DNA from: Laetmonice hystrix
Taxonomy: Eukaryota
NCBI GenBank assembly: GCA_965235115.1
Contig: OZ249440.1
Span: 17,174,001 to 17,238,000 of the forward strand
Direction of reading: 5' to 3'
Length of the DNA stretch: 64,000 nt
The translations under genes were made by a program, and so were the position numbers. The notes below the pieces were generated by a model, which had not been told where the DNA came from, ran no database searches, and was given only the letters and a program-made list of their open reading frames with translations. Each line of letters opens with the position of its first letter. The stretch's first letter is position 1. Of the stretch, positions 24,935 through 37,400 are shown in pieces.

Positions 24935-27900
24935 GGGGGGGGGGGGGGGGGGCTCTCATATATAGCAAGGCTGATAGAAAGAAAGACTCTTAATAGCCTC
25001 CCTGAATTTTTCAGTTTATGTCAATTTAGAAAGTTTGTGAAATTGAAGGGCATAACACTTAAACTGAGGATCTCATTAAAAAGGGAAAGTGAAAGATCCT
25101 CCCACTTATGTCGTGAATGACCCTAGACCCGCCAAAAAGGCAAAACGGAGCCTTGCTTTGATCTATGTGTGCCCTCGACCTGAGGAGGTGAGAAGCTGAA
25201 CTCCAAGTGAAAGATGGCGAAGCCATGAGCAAGTGTTGGTTTGGTTTGAAAAGGAATGGAGTGAGTTCAGGCTCAGTGTTCCAGACATTGTGTCAGCAAA
25301 GTCGGGGCCGGATGGGGGGGGGGGGGGGGGGATGGTGCTATTTTTGATGTAATGAAGGGAGAGGATTTCTAATTAATGACCGGGTCAGATTGTATCCCCC
25401 CGTGATTGTGTGATATTTATGAGATAAAGAGCTACCGTCCCAGTCAAGGAGTAAGTTATCAAAGGACCTGTTTCTTCAGCACAGACTCTAGGGTGACTTG
25501 TTTTAACTTACGTCTAAAGACAAAGTAAATCATGTTGTGTAAGGATCTAGTTCTCTATACCGACAACTCTGTAAAACAGCAGTAAATGCCCAAAAGAAAA
25601 AACGTTCTTGGATTTTGTCAAGAAATCTTAAATCCTTTTATTCATGGAAAATTAAAGAGTTTTGTTTTTGTAGCTATAAAAGTCTACCTTTTAAAAAGGT
25701 CATTCCCACAGCATCTTTCACCACTTGTGGCTTCTTCGGGTCATGCAGTCTCACTGAATAGCTCTTTGTCCACACTGGCAATGTTGGAAGCGCCAAATGT
25801 CTTCTGGAATACCAATAGCTTAATTCTGTGGCTTCTGTGAGGGCCCTAGCCTTAAATGGTTTCCTTCATTAAATAGTTTCATCAGTGTGTAATTCAATTT
25901 TCTTCATGAGAGGCCACGTTCCAAAGCTTTGAATGGAATTAGGTGAGAAAAAGCCAGTATTCTGCATTCCAATTTTGCCTAAAGTCACATTGAGCCAGAT
26001 TAGAGAGGAGTTGATTACCAGTTAGTGCACTATTTTACTCGAGAATTTACCAGTGGAAATTGAAGTAAACAGAACATATTAAAGTATAAATTTTATAGAA
26101 AGGTCCAAGCTACATTTGTACTTGGGAAGTGAGAGAACCCCCTGGTTTCCCGTTCTCCAGTCAGGGAACACTAAGACTAGTAGTGGAGGAAAATACGGAA
26201 ACAACAAGTTTTATAATTTGGGAAATTTCACAGTCAATTTGAGTAAAAAAAAACGTGGGAATACGGCATCTAAATATTTCAAGAGGGATTTATCAGCATC
26301 GCAATGTGTTCTTCTTTTATTAAGTTCCCTCACAGCTGGTAAACAAAAAAAAACATTACATTATTTGCACAATGATTTGCGTGATGTTCAAAAGCGTGTG
26401 GAGAGGACCCAGAAATACAGATTTCAAACAATACAGCAAAGATTAGGATCTATGACTGAAACATGCACACAGAAAACGAACACTTTGCATAGTTCAGGCA
26501 CGCCTAGTCATCAAGGGGTAATAAAATCCCACTGTATGCATTCTTTTGTTTGGTTGAAAGGAGAACAAGGTGTCGTCATTTGAATAAAATGGTTGCTACT
26601 AAAAAACTGTATCTGTTAGTAGCTTTTGTGTACTGTATATTATATCTGGTTTAGGTCATGCGTTAGGCGTTATCGCCTTGTAGAGTAGGGCAGTCAAGTT
26701 GACTGTGCTTTGTAATGTCAATGAGCAGGGTTATTGATTTAATGAAAAGCACACGCTGTCACTGGCATGGCCCCAAATGGCGGGTATCTCACTGGCAGAG
26801 TCAATCAAGTGTGTTTTCCAACAACTCGTCCAAGAGCAGTTGTGATCGTCAAGTTCGTCCTTTTGTTATGATTTGAATGTGGAGAGATACAGCCACAGGT
26901 TGAACAGGATCCGAGACATGTGGCTTATAAATCATGGATGGTACGTGATGGCATTCAGACTGAAGCCCCGGGTGCCTTTAAGAGGCTGTTCACGGTCAAG
27001 GTCAATTGGCAGGTTTGTTTTGGTCTGTAGTTCCAGGGATGGCCGCACGGTGGCAGCAGCAGTCGGGACGCTCCCCCACGAAGGCCACCGTGTGTGACAG
27101 GCGGCAATGAAAGAAATGTAAAGCAACCGCTATTAGATTAAAACACGGCATTTTAAAAACAGTTTTTTTGGTTACCAATAAAGGTAATGCAGTTGTCTGC
27201 CTGAGACTAAAAAGTACGTACTTGATTTTTTTAGTGGCACCGTCTGATTTGGATAAGTAAACTGTGCCATTGCCAGAGGGAATGGTTAAATGGAATAAAC
27301 GGCTGACACAGAAAAAGACATCACGTGTGTAGTACACAGTGGAAGATTCAACCACACATTTTCCGCTTGAGGGACTCCTTGGAATAAACATACAAAAACG
27401 TGGCGACCTAGATTCATTGCGGATGCAGTTTGAATCGTAGGTAAGGCCCTGAGGCTGAAGTATTAACGCCAGAATGAGTCAAAGCGAATAGTGGCCTTGT
27501 CAACTGTTTGTGCATTAAATATATTTTTACGATTTGAATTGTTGTCACCAATGCCCTCCTAAAAAGCTGGCCATGGAAGTTGGCTTGGGGACCCATGAGA
27601 CGCTTGGCCCAGATTCAAAGTGAAAGGACTCAAAATACTTATTGGCTGTAGTGTCAGCTTGACAAACGTGATTGATCAATTACTTATATATGTACTACCA
27701 TATGTAGGAAGGTCTGGTGACAATTAGGGCTAACGTACAATAGTCGATACAAAATTCAGGCTTAGTAATGAAACATTGAATATACCTGTGCACACAGAAT
27801 CAGCATTTATAACACTTATGCCAGTTATTTCTGTTGGTTTGGCATATATTATAACTTTATGAGATGTATACCTGCTAGTACGGCAGTTTGTCTTACTTAC

Positions 27901-30531
27901 ACGGCGTAGTGCCTGGAGGATCGAGGTACTGGAGCCGGGCACCCCCCCCCCCTCCCCATGGCGTTCATCAATTCTGGATGTACATGCTGAGGAAACGTCC
28001 AGACAATGGCGATCATATGTCATGAGGCAGGGTCCTTTGTGGCGAGGTCTCTTTATAACACGGAGCATTGATCAGTGCCGCAAGACATGATAGTAACCAC
28101 CTTCACGTAACGATCGCCTGGGGACTTTGTTTGGATGACAATGGTGAAAGTATAAAAGGGAACATGGTAGTTGACATACCGTGTGCATGGCCTCATGTTC
28201 TAATGACATATTTATAGATGCTCCAGGTTTTTAGAGCAGGTTTATGTAGGCTGTCTGGAGGGCGTATATTTGGTGTCATTACGGAAACGTTAAGGAAAAA
28301 TGCTTGACGCTTTTGCTATTGCTAGAACCAATGACAACAAAAGAGTGGGGATGAATTCGCATAAAATTCTCCTTAACTGAAAGCAAGTAGGCAGGTGGTG
28401 ACAGTGATTTATTTTGTATCATTTCCATGTAAATATATAAAGACGGCAAGGATTTTTTTCGTTTCTGTCGTCAGCCTTAGAACATCAGGGCTTATTTAAC
28501 ATGTCAGCAGATGAACTAAACTAGGCTAAATTATTTATGTCTATCATGAAAACGTAAACTGGCCAATCGTTGTCCAGACTGACCAGTCTATGAAATTGTT
28601 TCCTGTAGCAGGGGAAGACACGACAAATGTAGACAGTCCAAAACGGTCCCAAACGTAGGGTTTTAACCCAAACGACTTTGTTCTATGAAACAAACAATAC
28701 AAGTAAAAGTAAGCCTGAGTGTAGTTACTGCTGGAATTTTGCCAAAGTCCTACTTTCCTACTGATCACGTACTGCTACAGAGAATGATGAGTTGATGTAG
28801 CACTGACCATTGCTCACTGCCAGGTGTTAAAGTAGATATACTGACAAAAAGGGCAGAGACACACAGGAGGTGGAAAAAGTAGGTAAAAGCACTAACAGAA
28901 CAAGTCAGGTGACTTTTCACAGCCAAGGGATGTTTTCTCCTTGTCGGAGTTTCCAAAAGGGTGTCATATCAAAGGCCTTCTCTAGAATGCGACCACAGGC
29001 TGCCTTTACTGAATCCGGGCGGCGGACTGCCGCTGATGAGAGGAATGCCAGATGAGACAGTATGGGTTCTGACGTAATGGAAAGTAGTGTTTACTATTGG
29101 AGTCTATCCCAATATTGTATTCTATCCCAATCTCTCTTCAGCTATGCACACACGCAGAGATGAAGGCAGTTGTTGATGGGCTGGTGGTTTTGAAATTGTA
29201 TGACTGGTTCTTTCAAAGATTTCACAGCATGTAAAGATGAAGTCTGAGTTTGATGGTAGAGGGGGGGGGGGGGGGTAAATAAATGATCCGGCTTACACTT
29301 TGAATAATACGTGATCTACCATAGCGTGCAGGCTAAATAACACGAGCGTCAGTGTCTGTTGTGCCTTTGGAGTACCTGAGGACAAGGGGGGGGGGAGAAT
29401 AACCGTATAGAAACATGTAGTCAACTACAGTAAATTGAGTAATACACAGTACTTCAGTGAAACAGGCAGTTCTCCAATGTTTGTTCAAGTATTTGGCGGA
29501 TTACAAGAAAACATTTTTTTGAAATCTAAAAGGACATTGGGTTAAAAAGGCTTGAGTCCTTATGGGGGAAGATGTTTTCTGCAGTGATCTATAAGACGAA
29601 GAACTAAAAAGGTAGCAAGCTATTTGTATCAGGCTTCTTTGTCCCTCTCGGAGAGAGTGGGATGGGTTCCAGGAAGTGTGACATTATGGTGAAGAAGCTT
29701 AGTTTGTATTGATGTGGATGCTGGTGTGTATTTATAACTGAGAGGCCCCTGGGTGGAAACCTTTCTCGGTGATACTCTGTGATAGAACTTGTAAGTAGAG
29801 GACCACTGTAGTAGTGAAAGGAAAGCTCCCCTCCCCCCATGTCCTGTTTGAGGATCCGGCCTAAGTAGTCTGGGCACTGTATTATGACAGCCTGCACTGT
29901 TTGATTGTAACGCCTGAAAGCCAGAGGGGTTTTGATGTAGCTACTCGTGTGGCTGCTAGAGGAAAAGTCCCAGACGGCAGGCCGTCTGTCTGGGCTGAAG
30001 TAATAGAAACCGGCTATGTTCTACGGCTGCTTTGATACGCAAAAATGGGATAAGTGATATAGGAGATCATTTCCAGTGCCAAAGGCTCTACTTAGAATCT
30101 GTCGAATCTATCTACCGGCACAGCTGAATATGGTATATTAGACATCAGAAGTCATTGCATGAGTTTCTGTTCATAATATTTTCAATGGGAATTTTAACAA
30201 ATAGAGAACATTTCATAGTTATTTCTCAGCTCCAATGTGCTAAAAAGTGAATTTTGCAGAAAGAACCCCCCCCCCCTCCTCTAAGGTTTATCGGTTGTGC
30301 TGAGTAGTTTGTCGGGTTGTCCACATCCAAGGGGTTTACATATCTGTGGGAAAATCTTTCAGAATTATTAACGGTTGCATATTAGGAATGCTTATTTGTT
30401 GTAGAACCAGTTTATCATAAAATACATTTGTTCTTTTGAAGAGTCAGACAGAGTCTGATGCTTGTTACAGACGTAATTCACATTCACAGTCATATTTCTT
30501 AACCATATTTTGCTTTTTTCGTTTATTCCAG

Positions 30532-30696
30532 GTACTGGTTGAATTCGACGATTGTGAGTGGAAACGGCGAGAATGGATTCGCATTTACGAAATCTTTCAA
30601 GTGTTCATTGTGGAGTATACGTTAGTGTGGGCCCCAAGATGCTATCCAGAGGAGGAATACAAAAAGACAAGGCAACGAATACTATGGCCAGCCCTG
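30532..30696 (+). CDS. JMJD1C: JMJD1C/KDM3-family histone demethylase, internal coding exon (equivalent to vertebrate exon 2), 165 nt, phase 0-0
   Basis: Acceptor ttttttcgtttattccag|, donor ctg|gtaagt. Translates VLVEFDDCEWKRREWIRIYEIFQVFIVEYTLVWAPRCYPEEEYKKTRQRILWPAL, colinear with remembered human JMJD1C VYVEFDDLEWDKREWVKVYEDFSTFLVEYHLIWAKR...QIQWPAL. Confidence 0.93.
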
Positions 30697-31477
30697 GTAA
30701 GTGGAGACTGAAGTGAAATTTAAGCTCGTGACAGTTTGTGTGATGATAATGGAGTTAGATAATATTGGATCCCAACCCTGCACCCCAATACAATTCCTCG
30801 ACACTGCCCGTGGGGGGGGGGGGGGGGGGGGGGGGGGCTGTTGTAACGTCATTTTTCTATACTTTCACTCATCGTTCAAACATAAAATTTTAACATGGTG
30901 AAAATGAAGGTAAAGGGAAGAATTTCACCTGCAGCTTTCAGAACAATTTGCAAAACTTGCGCTAAGTGAATTGTTGTGAAGTTGCCCCTTTAAGAGAGCA
31001 TATTGAAGCTGTTTGAGGTTCCACGTGTTGGTGGTGCTATCAGCGACCTTTGATGGGTAGACTGTGAGATATGTGACAAGGTTGTGACAGGTAGGTTGCT
31101 ATCGCTGGTGGCGGTGGGGGGAGGGGGCAGGGCAGGGTTAGTGAAATCATGGTCATGGGCGTGGTGAAGGTACCGCTAGCACGGTACACCGGAGGACCCG
31201 CCCAAGGGTACATGGCGCTAGACAAAGGGGTCTGAGAGAGGCAGGTAGATACCGGCAGGTAGCTGTCCCTGGGGGTTGGGTAGGGGTGTATGGGGGGTCA
31301 CGCATGACGGATTGCGAGGTCACGCTCTCTAGACTGTATGGGAGTGGGGTGACGGCGACACTCTCACACTGTTTGTTGGTATGTAACAGGTGGGGTGAGT
31401 GAGGGATGGCGCTCTGAAATTGGAGGCTGGCAGCCAGGCACAAAAAATGGAGGGGGAAAAAACAAACCAAATAAACA

Positions 31478-31946
31478 CAGGGTGCCCAGCACTCCGCCTA
31501 TATTTTTCTTGCCATCCTATAACTTCCTATATTTTGAGAAAATTCCTATAAATTCCTATATTTGAACATTTCTGTAAGCCTGTACATACTGATATGAGAC
31601 TTTGTGGAAACATAAAGTCAATTCAGATAAAAATACTTACTTAATAATTTACTCACGGCTGATTATCCATTGGCGGTTTGTATCTGATACTAACTGGTTT
31701 ATCAACTTTATGTATATTAAAAAGTGGTGAGGATGAAATGTTGTAGGGGTAGGGGAGGCCTTCTTGAATGTATACAAATATGTTTATTTGCCATTTTAGA
31801 AGCTACCATGTACCTCAATCTTGCCTGTAATAATCACCTGTATAAAATGACAAAAATTGCTCGTATATAGTTTATATTCCTATAATTTTGGTTTGAAAAT
31901 TCCTGTATTCCTATAATATTTTGTGTGTAAACTGCTGGGAACCCTG
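31478..31946. mobile_element. Non-autonomous DNA transposon (MITE), 469 bp, 14-bp TIR
   Basis: Left cagggtgcccagca, right tgctgggaaccctg (13/14 inverted match); taaaca on both flanks; subterminal ttcctata arrays. Confidence 0.85.
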
Positions 31947-33742
31947 TAAACACTAAATAAAATATAGAGCGTAGTTCTAAGACAGTTTCTAGTCTGAGAA
32001 ATGGCACTTAGTCTTAGATATTATAACTTCATTCAACATTTACTATTTTTACTACTTTACTATGAACCTGTGGCAAGTAACTAACAACCTTTTAGAATAA
32101 CTAAATTCAGACTTGGAAACCTGGAAAATTTGAAAATAAAATAAGCCAAATTATTAGGGGAAAGGTATGGAACTCGCCATGGTGTGGTTATCCTACATTA
32201 TGGGTGCCTCCAGACCATGTTTACTGGGTCAGATGTTGGTCCGGACTTAGTGCCTTTGTTAGAGAACGTTGTCGTCACTCAGCAAGTACGGAGACGGATC
32301 CCGAGGTCAGACTGTCGCCATGACCCCAGCGCCTCCTACTGGGGGCTGATCCTGGTCGGATCGTGAAATGGTAGACGTGTTGGTGGGCACGGAATGCGGC
32401 TAGCAGGAAACGGCGACAAATGATAACATTACCGGAGCTGTGAAAACTGGGACAATAAACAAAAGCCAAGGATTAGTGTTTCTCTTTGTCGACAATCAGT
32501 AAAATATCATTTTCACCAAATATGATTTCTTATGTTAGGGTATAGGGACCACAATGTCAGGATTACTTGGTGGATGTTAACTGTTAACCATGTCTTTCTC
32601 AGAGAATTACAAAAGCAGCTGAAGACTTTTCAAGGAATCTATATAATTATAAACGGTGGTGGCTTGGGAGGAGGTGGAGGAGGGGCGGGGGGCTGTGAAA
32701 GCGGTGTCAGTGAGAGGACCTGCCACTCAGGTATTCAGGTAGAGATAAACCGGTGAGATAATTTGTGGTCATGATGTAACACAAAGACGACGCTAACACC
32801 TCCTTGTACCGACAAGTGTTGTCGGGTGTAGTGTTATGTATAATGAAGATTGAAACGTATAATCTGGCTGCTGGCATGTTGGGTGTCGGGGCCTAATTTA
32901 TAGAATACGTTAGGCCATGTTTTACCGCCAGGCAGTGCCAGCCGTACTAAAACCAATTTGTCAAGCCTGACATGATTTACTGTATGTGGTCCATTGCTAC
33001 CATGTTGTGCTTTCATGCAGAAGAAAGAAACCTTGTGGAAGAAATTGAAAAATATTGAATCAAAACGTTAAATTCGGCCGAGTACAAAGCTTGGATTGTT
33101 TTGATTTGGGGAACTCCCAGGTGTGGCAGATTGTGGCAACAGTCCAGAATGACATTCAGGTACAAGAAGGTCCCCCACCTGTCAGTCCCTGTGGGTCTGG
33201 CGTCCCACTGTGCCTGTAGGGGACCGTGACAGGAGGGTTGGACGTGGCCCGGCGGCCGTCAAATGTGGCCCAACGACCGACGGGTGGTCGTCGTGACCTA
33301 GTTCTGATGTCGTCGTGGTGACCCCACCCCATTCATCTGACGTGCCCCCGGAGGGCCGCTGACCTAGTTGTGATACACCTGTTACAGCAATACCGCTTGT
33401 CGACAACAGATAAACAACACCGACCCCCCCCCCCCCCCCCAAAAAAAAAAAAAAAGGTCTTAGTCGTAGCTCTCACGATTATAAAGGTGCTTGCAAAAGG
33501 TGGTCTGATATTTGTCACAAGTCTGAGCAAAGGAGAGAATATACAAGTTAGAATGTTCTCAAATCTTTTTGTCTCGATTTTCTGAGATCACTGGGGTTTA
33601 AAATATTTGGTTAATTATTAATGCCTTTAAAATAAGCTGTTCCATCTAACCACATTTAACTGGACAGTGAATCCACCTATAGTGCGTGTAACCAGTTGTA
33701 TTTTTAACAGTGTATGTAAATCTGATATGTTTCTGTTTGCAG

Positions 33743-33871
33743 TGCTTCGAACCACTCGTTGATAAATCCAGCTTCACCAGCCTGAAGCTGAAACCTGTAG
33801 AGTTTGTTGGAGGACACCGAGAACTGGATTTCTTGGAGGAGTCGGAGATACGCTACTACAAAGTCAGTAAG
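33743..33871 (+). CDS. JMJD1C: JMJD1C/KDM3 next coding exon; ends at 33862 (120 nt) or 33871 (129 nt), both phase 0
   Basis: Acceptor tttctgtttgcag|. Translates CFEPLVDKSSFTSLKLKPVEFVGGHRELDFLEESEIRYYK(VSK), matching JMJD1C TFKPLVE...AVEFL...LDFL. Donors aaa|gtcagt (33863) and aag|gtaagg (33872). Confidence 0.9.
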
Positions 33872-34813
33872 GTAAGGCTTCGGGAGCAGGCTTTACCTCA
33901 GCCTGGGATTTTAACATGTGTAAAAGTCCAGAATAGAGAGTGCGATTTCAAAGAGTAGCAGGTACTTTACCGGTATATCAGAATCATTCATCCCAAGACA
34001 TTGCAGGGTGGGTCGATTTATGGCATCAGAAATCAGGATAATGCTCTGATTGACAACATGAGTACTTTAGCAATAGAAATTCAAGAAAGAGCCTTTGAAT
34101 TTGATGAAAAGTGTAAATATTTCATTCAGAGAATTTAGAACATTCTAAGGTGCCTCCAGGTAATTATAGATATGAGTCAAAAGACAAACTTAGAGTGATG
34201 AATTAAGTCAGAGAAATGAATAGAGCAGTTCTGCTTCTGAAAGAGAAATAAAAGAATAGGATCACAAACCAATTTTCATATTCCCGACTTTAAAAGGTCG
34301 CTGATGTCTTTCCATTACATTACATGGAAATGACAGAAATAGAAAATTTGATTATCGGAGCGGAGTAGTTTTTGTGGTGAGTTAGAACAGGGATCTGTCA
34401 TTTGACATTAGCTGATGATTTAATGGCCCCGGCAGTGAATGGAAGGGGTGGGCAGCAGAATGTTGAAGGATGAAGTGACAGTGATCGAGTTGGCCTGAAC
34501 TGTGACAAGTGGTTTCTGATGCCTTGGTTGGGGCTGTGTACACCCACATTGAGTGGATGTGGGTCAGGTTGCTGCTGCAGGCTGGCGGTTGGCTGGCAGT
34601 GATGGAGATATAAGGCTTACAGTTACATTGCCAGCTGTTCCCGTTGGCAGGCCGTGTATGTGGGACACACAGAGGCTGGTGACATTTATAAAGACAATGG
34701 ACGGTCCTCCAGCGGCTAGACGAGGGGGGTGGGGGGAGGCTGGCGAAGGTATGAACACCCCCCACCATCACCCAGTGGAGCATGGTGGCGTGATGCCAGT
34801 CATATATCACTCA

Positions 34814-34932
34814 CTCACAATATACAGTGGCTGTGTTCACATTGAGCACTGTACAAGTACCAGATTTATTGTCTCACAATATACAGTGGCTGTGTTCACA
34901 TTGAACACTGTACAAGTACCAGATTTATTGTG
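34814..34932. repeat. 59-bp tandem duplication, 2 copies
   Basis: ctcacaatatacagtggctgtgttcacattga(g/a)cactgtacaagtaccagatttattgt occurs twice. Confidence 0.9.
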
Positions 34933-36299
34933 AGGCTACCAATAACCAACGAGTATTCTATACTCGTTGCAATAACTGAGGCGAAGACGCAGAAATAGTA
35001 CAATTTTATGGCATGTATATCAACGTAACTGGAAGTAGACAATGGGGTCCTTACGTTGTCTTCAATCGCCCAAATCTTTATTTATACTTTTTGTTAGTGA
35101 GCAGATTTTACGGAGGTATGAGTTAATTTTTTATCTAACAGAACTGATCTTGTGTAGGTTGGAGGTAATGTGTACGGTTTGATCTATGCCTGGAACACGT
35201 GGTTGGACCATGGCAGCCTAGGGCAGCGTCAGAATTACAATACGTGATGTTAGGGTCTCAAAATGATGGTTACAATGGGCATAGGTCTACCACAGTTACT
35301 TACTCGGCCAAAAAAAAATCCTGTGAAGTTGGTAATTGAGGATGCCATGGAATATGTTAGCACAGGAAGAAAGTCAGGTCGAGAACAAAGATGGCAGGAT
35401 GTAAAACCACAAGGAGTCGACCACAACGCCCCGACAGCAGGAAGTGTGCTCCCCAAGGTGGCCAACGGCATTCCCAGGCCAGTCAGAGTATCGGCACAGG
35501 CCTGAACAGGAAACGGACTCATACACATGTGTAAGGGAAAGGAAATAACATTTAAAGAGGCGTTCTACTTTTTTGGGGGATGGGGTGGGGGGGGGGAGCC
35601 GGGGTGGGTAGGGGGTGGTGGTGGGTCTGTATTTCTTAGTGGTGGTAAACCTCGTGGTAGGATCGTTGGTATGGGACATATTGGACACAGAGGGATCTGT
35701 GGCCCCCGTTGGAGGTTGGGAGATGTAGGTCAAGTTTTGGAGCGTGGTCTGTGGTTGTGGCTGGGGACTGAAGCAGGAGTGGGAACAGATGGCCTCGCGG
35801 CCTTCAGGAGAGGGCAGCAGGACACATGGAAGTAGATTGAGGTGCTTGGGGCCGGCTGACCCCATAAAATGGAGACATGATAATCTGTGATTCATGTTTT
35901 GCCTTGTGGCATAGATGATCTATTATTCAGTACTGTGCATTCAATAACATGCATGATATCTTATGTATACATTTATACATTCAAGGCACAAGACATTCAC
36001 GTTTTCAGTGTTTAAAAATGTGCTCCTGAAAACCCGGAATGAGTGGCCCTAGACTCCGATTGGAATTTTGGCAATTCTATCAGCAGGTGGGAAGATCAGA
36101 TCATAAGATCAGATCATAAAATCAGCAGCAGCCAGAAGATTGAAAAACGGAAGCCAGAACAGATTGCCAAGATCATGGGAATTGGAAACGATAGATATAC
36201 GCAAAATAAGAATCAGCGACAGCGGGGACTACGCATGGGCGAAGATTAGAAATCTCCGAGGGAAATGATCAGGGGACTTAAATGTTCTCAATTCTAGAA

Positions 36300-37400
36300 T
36301 AAGCACAGGCCATGGCAAACTTTGATTGCCCCATATGAAAGGGGAAATTGAACGGAAATTTCAGTCGGAAAGGCACACTGATATTGGTAGTTGTGCCCAT
36401 GTGTTAAAAGGCTATTTATGTTCCTGTGATCAGAGTTTATCTGAAGTAGATGAGGACATAGGAATTCTGGTTTGAGATATCGTGTCAGATTAAGTGTTTA
36501 TGACCTAGATCTGCACAAAGGATTGCAACCTTCGCTTCTCTTGCACGTTCAGCATTTTCTTACGCGAGTCTATGGCAGTGCTGACACCTAGTGTGCAATC
36601 GACGAACTAGGGAAAAGGAGGTTACCTGTTGCATGCGTTCTCGTTTAACTCCCCAGTCCATCAGTTTAGATGGTACGTTCTTTTCTCGAGTCAAAGGCTT
36701 TGCCTATTTCGTAGTTCTTTATAAATAAGTAAATAATGAGCTTGGCCACATTTGACGGGAATGGGCTCAAGATGAACCCAGTTGCAAAATATCCATGACG
36801 CCACTGACTGAGCTAGGTATTGTTTTTGAAGTAGGTAAGCTAGAGACCGACATAGGTAGGGTTAGAAATAGGATGCAATCTAATTTGCCTGGGTCATCCT
36901 GACGATGGAGTAAGGGTTGAAGAGCCGGCAGTATCCGTCTCAAGGGTCATAAAGATCAGTCGCTCGTTCAGTTTACACGGTGCCATATTGGCTCATGCCA
37001 GCAGCTCACAGTCGGGATGGGAGGAACAAATTACCTATTAGCATGCAACTGCAGCTGGCTTCTAGGGTCGATCAAAGGTGGCCGTTGTCGATGTTTGTTG
37101 GAACTCCTAGAGCGTGGGCACAGCAGAGTGTGCCAATGGCCGATCAGCCAGGTCTCATAGAAGGGAAAATTATTGCCAATGAATTGTAACTCGACCCTGG
37201 CTGATTTGCTACTCATGTGATGCCATTTAAATCAGACTTTGCACTGTGGAGCATCATCAACTACAGAAGGTTATTTAGGAAAAAGAGGGAAGTGTGTGTG
37301 TAGTGATTGAAGGCGTTTGGCACGGATCCAGGTAATTTTACATCCGGCTCGTCTGTATAGAAGAACCAAACACTTGTACAGCAGCAGGGCTAGCAGATCA
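36300..37400 (+). mobile_element. Possible decayed LINE RT C-terminus and RNase H start
   Basis: ISLDGTFFSRVKGFAYF (I..DG..LE.V..FKYLG-like), QRWPLSMFVGTP, and RIQV/FTSGS (WIQVFTDGS-like). Weak. Confidence 0.35.

Noticed and set aside
25580-26600. Possible hAT transposase relic on minus (VRELNKRR...LKYLDAVFP; ELFSE)
   Set aside because: Motifs ambiguous and no TIR pair found; needs a profile search such as tblastx against Repbase or Dfam.
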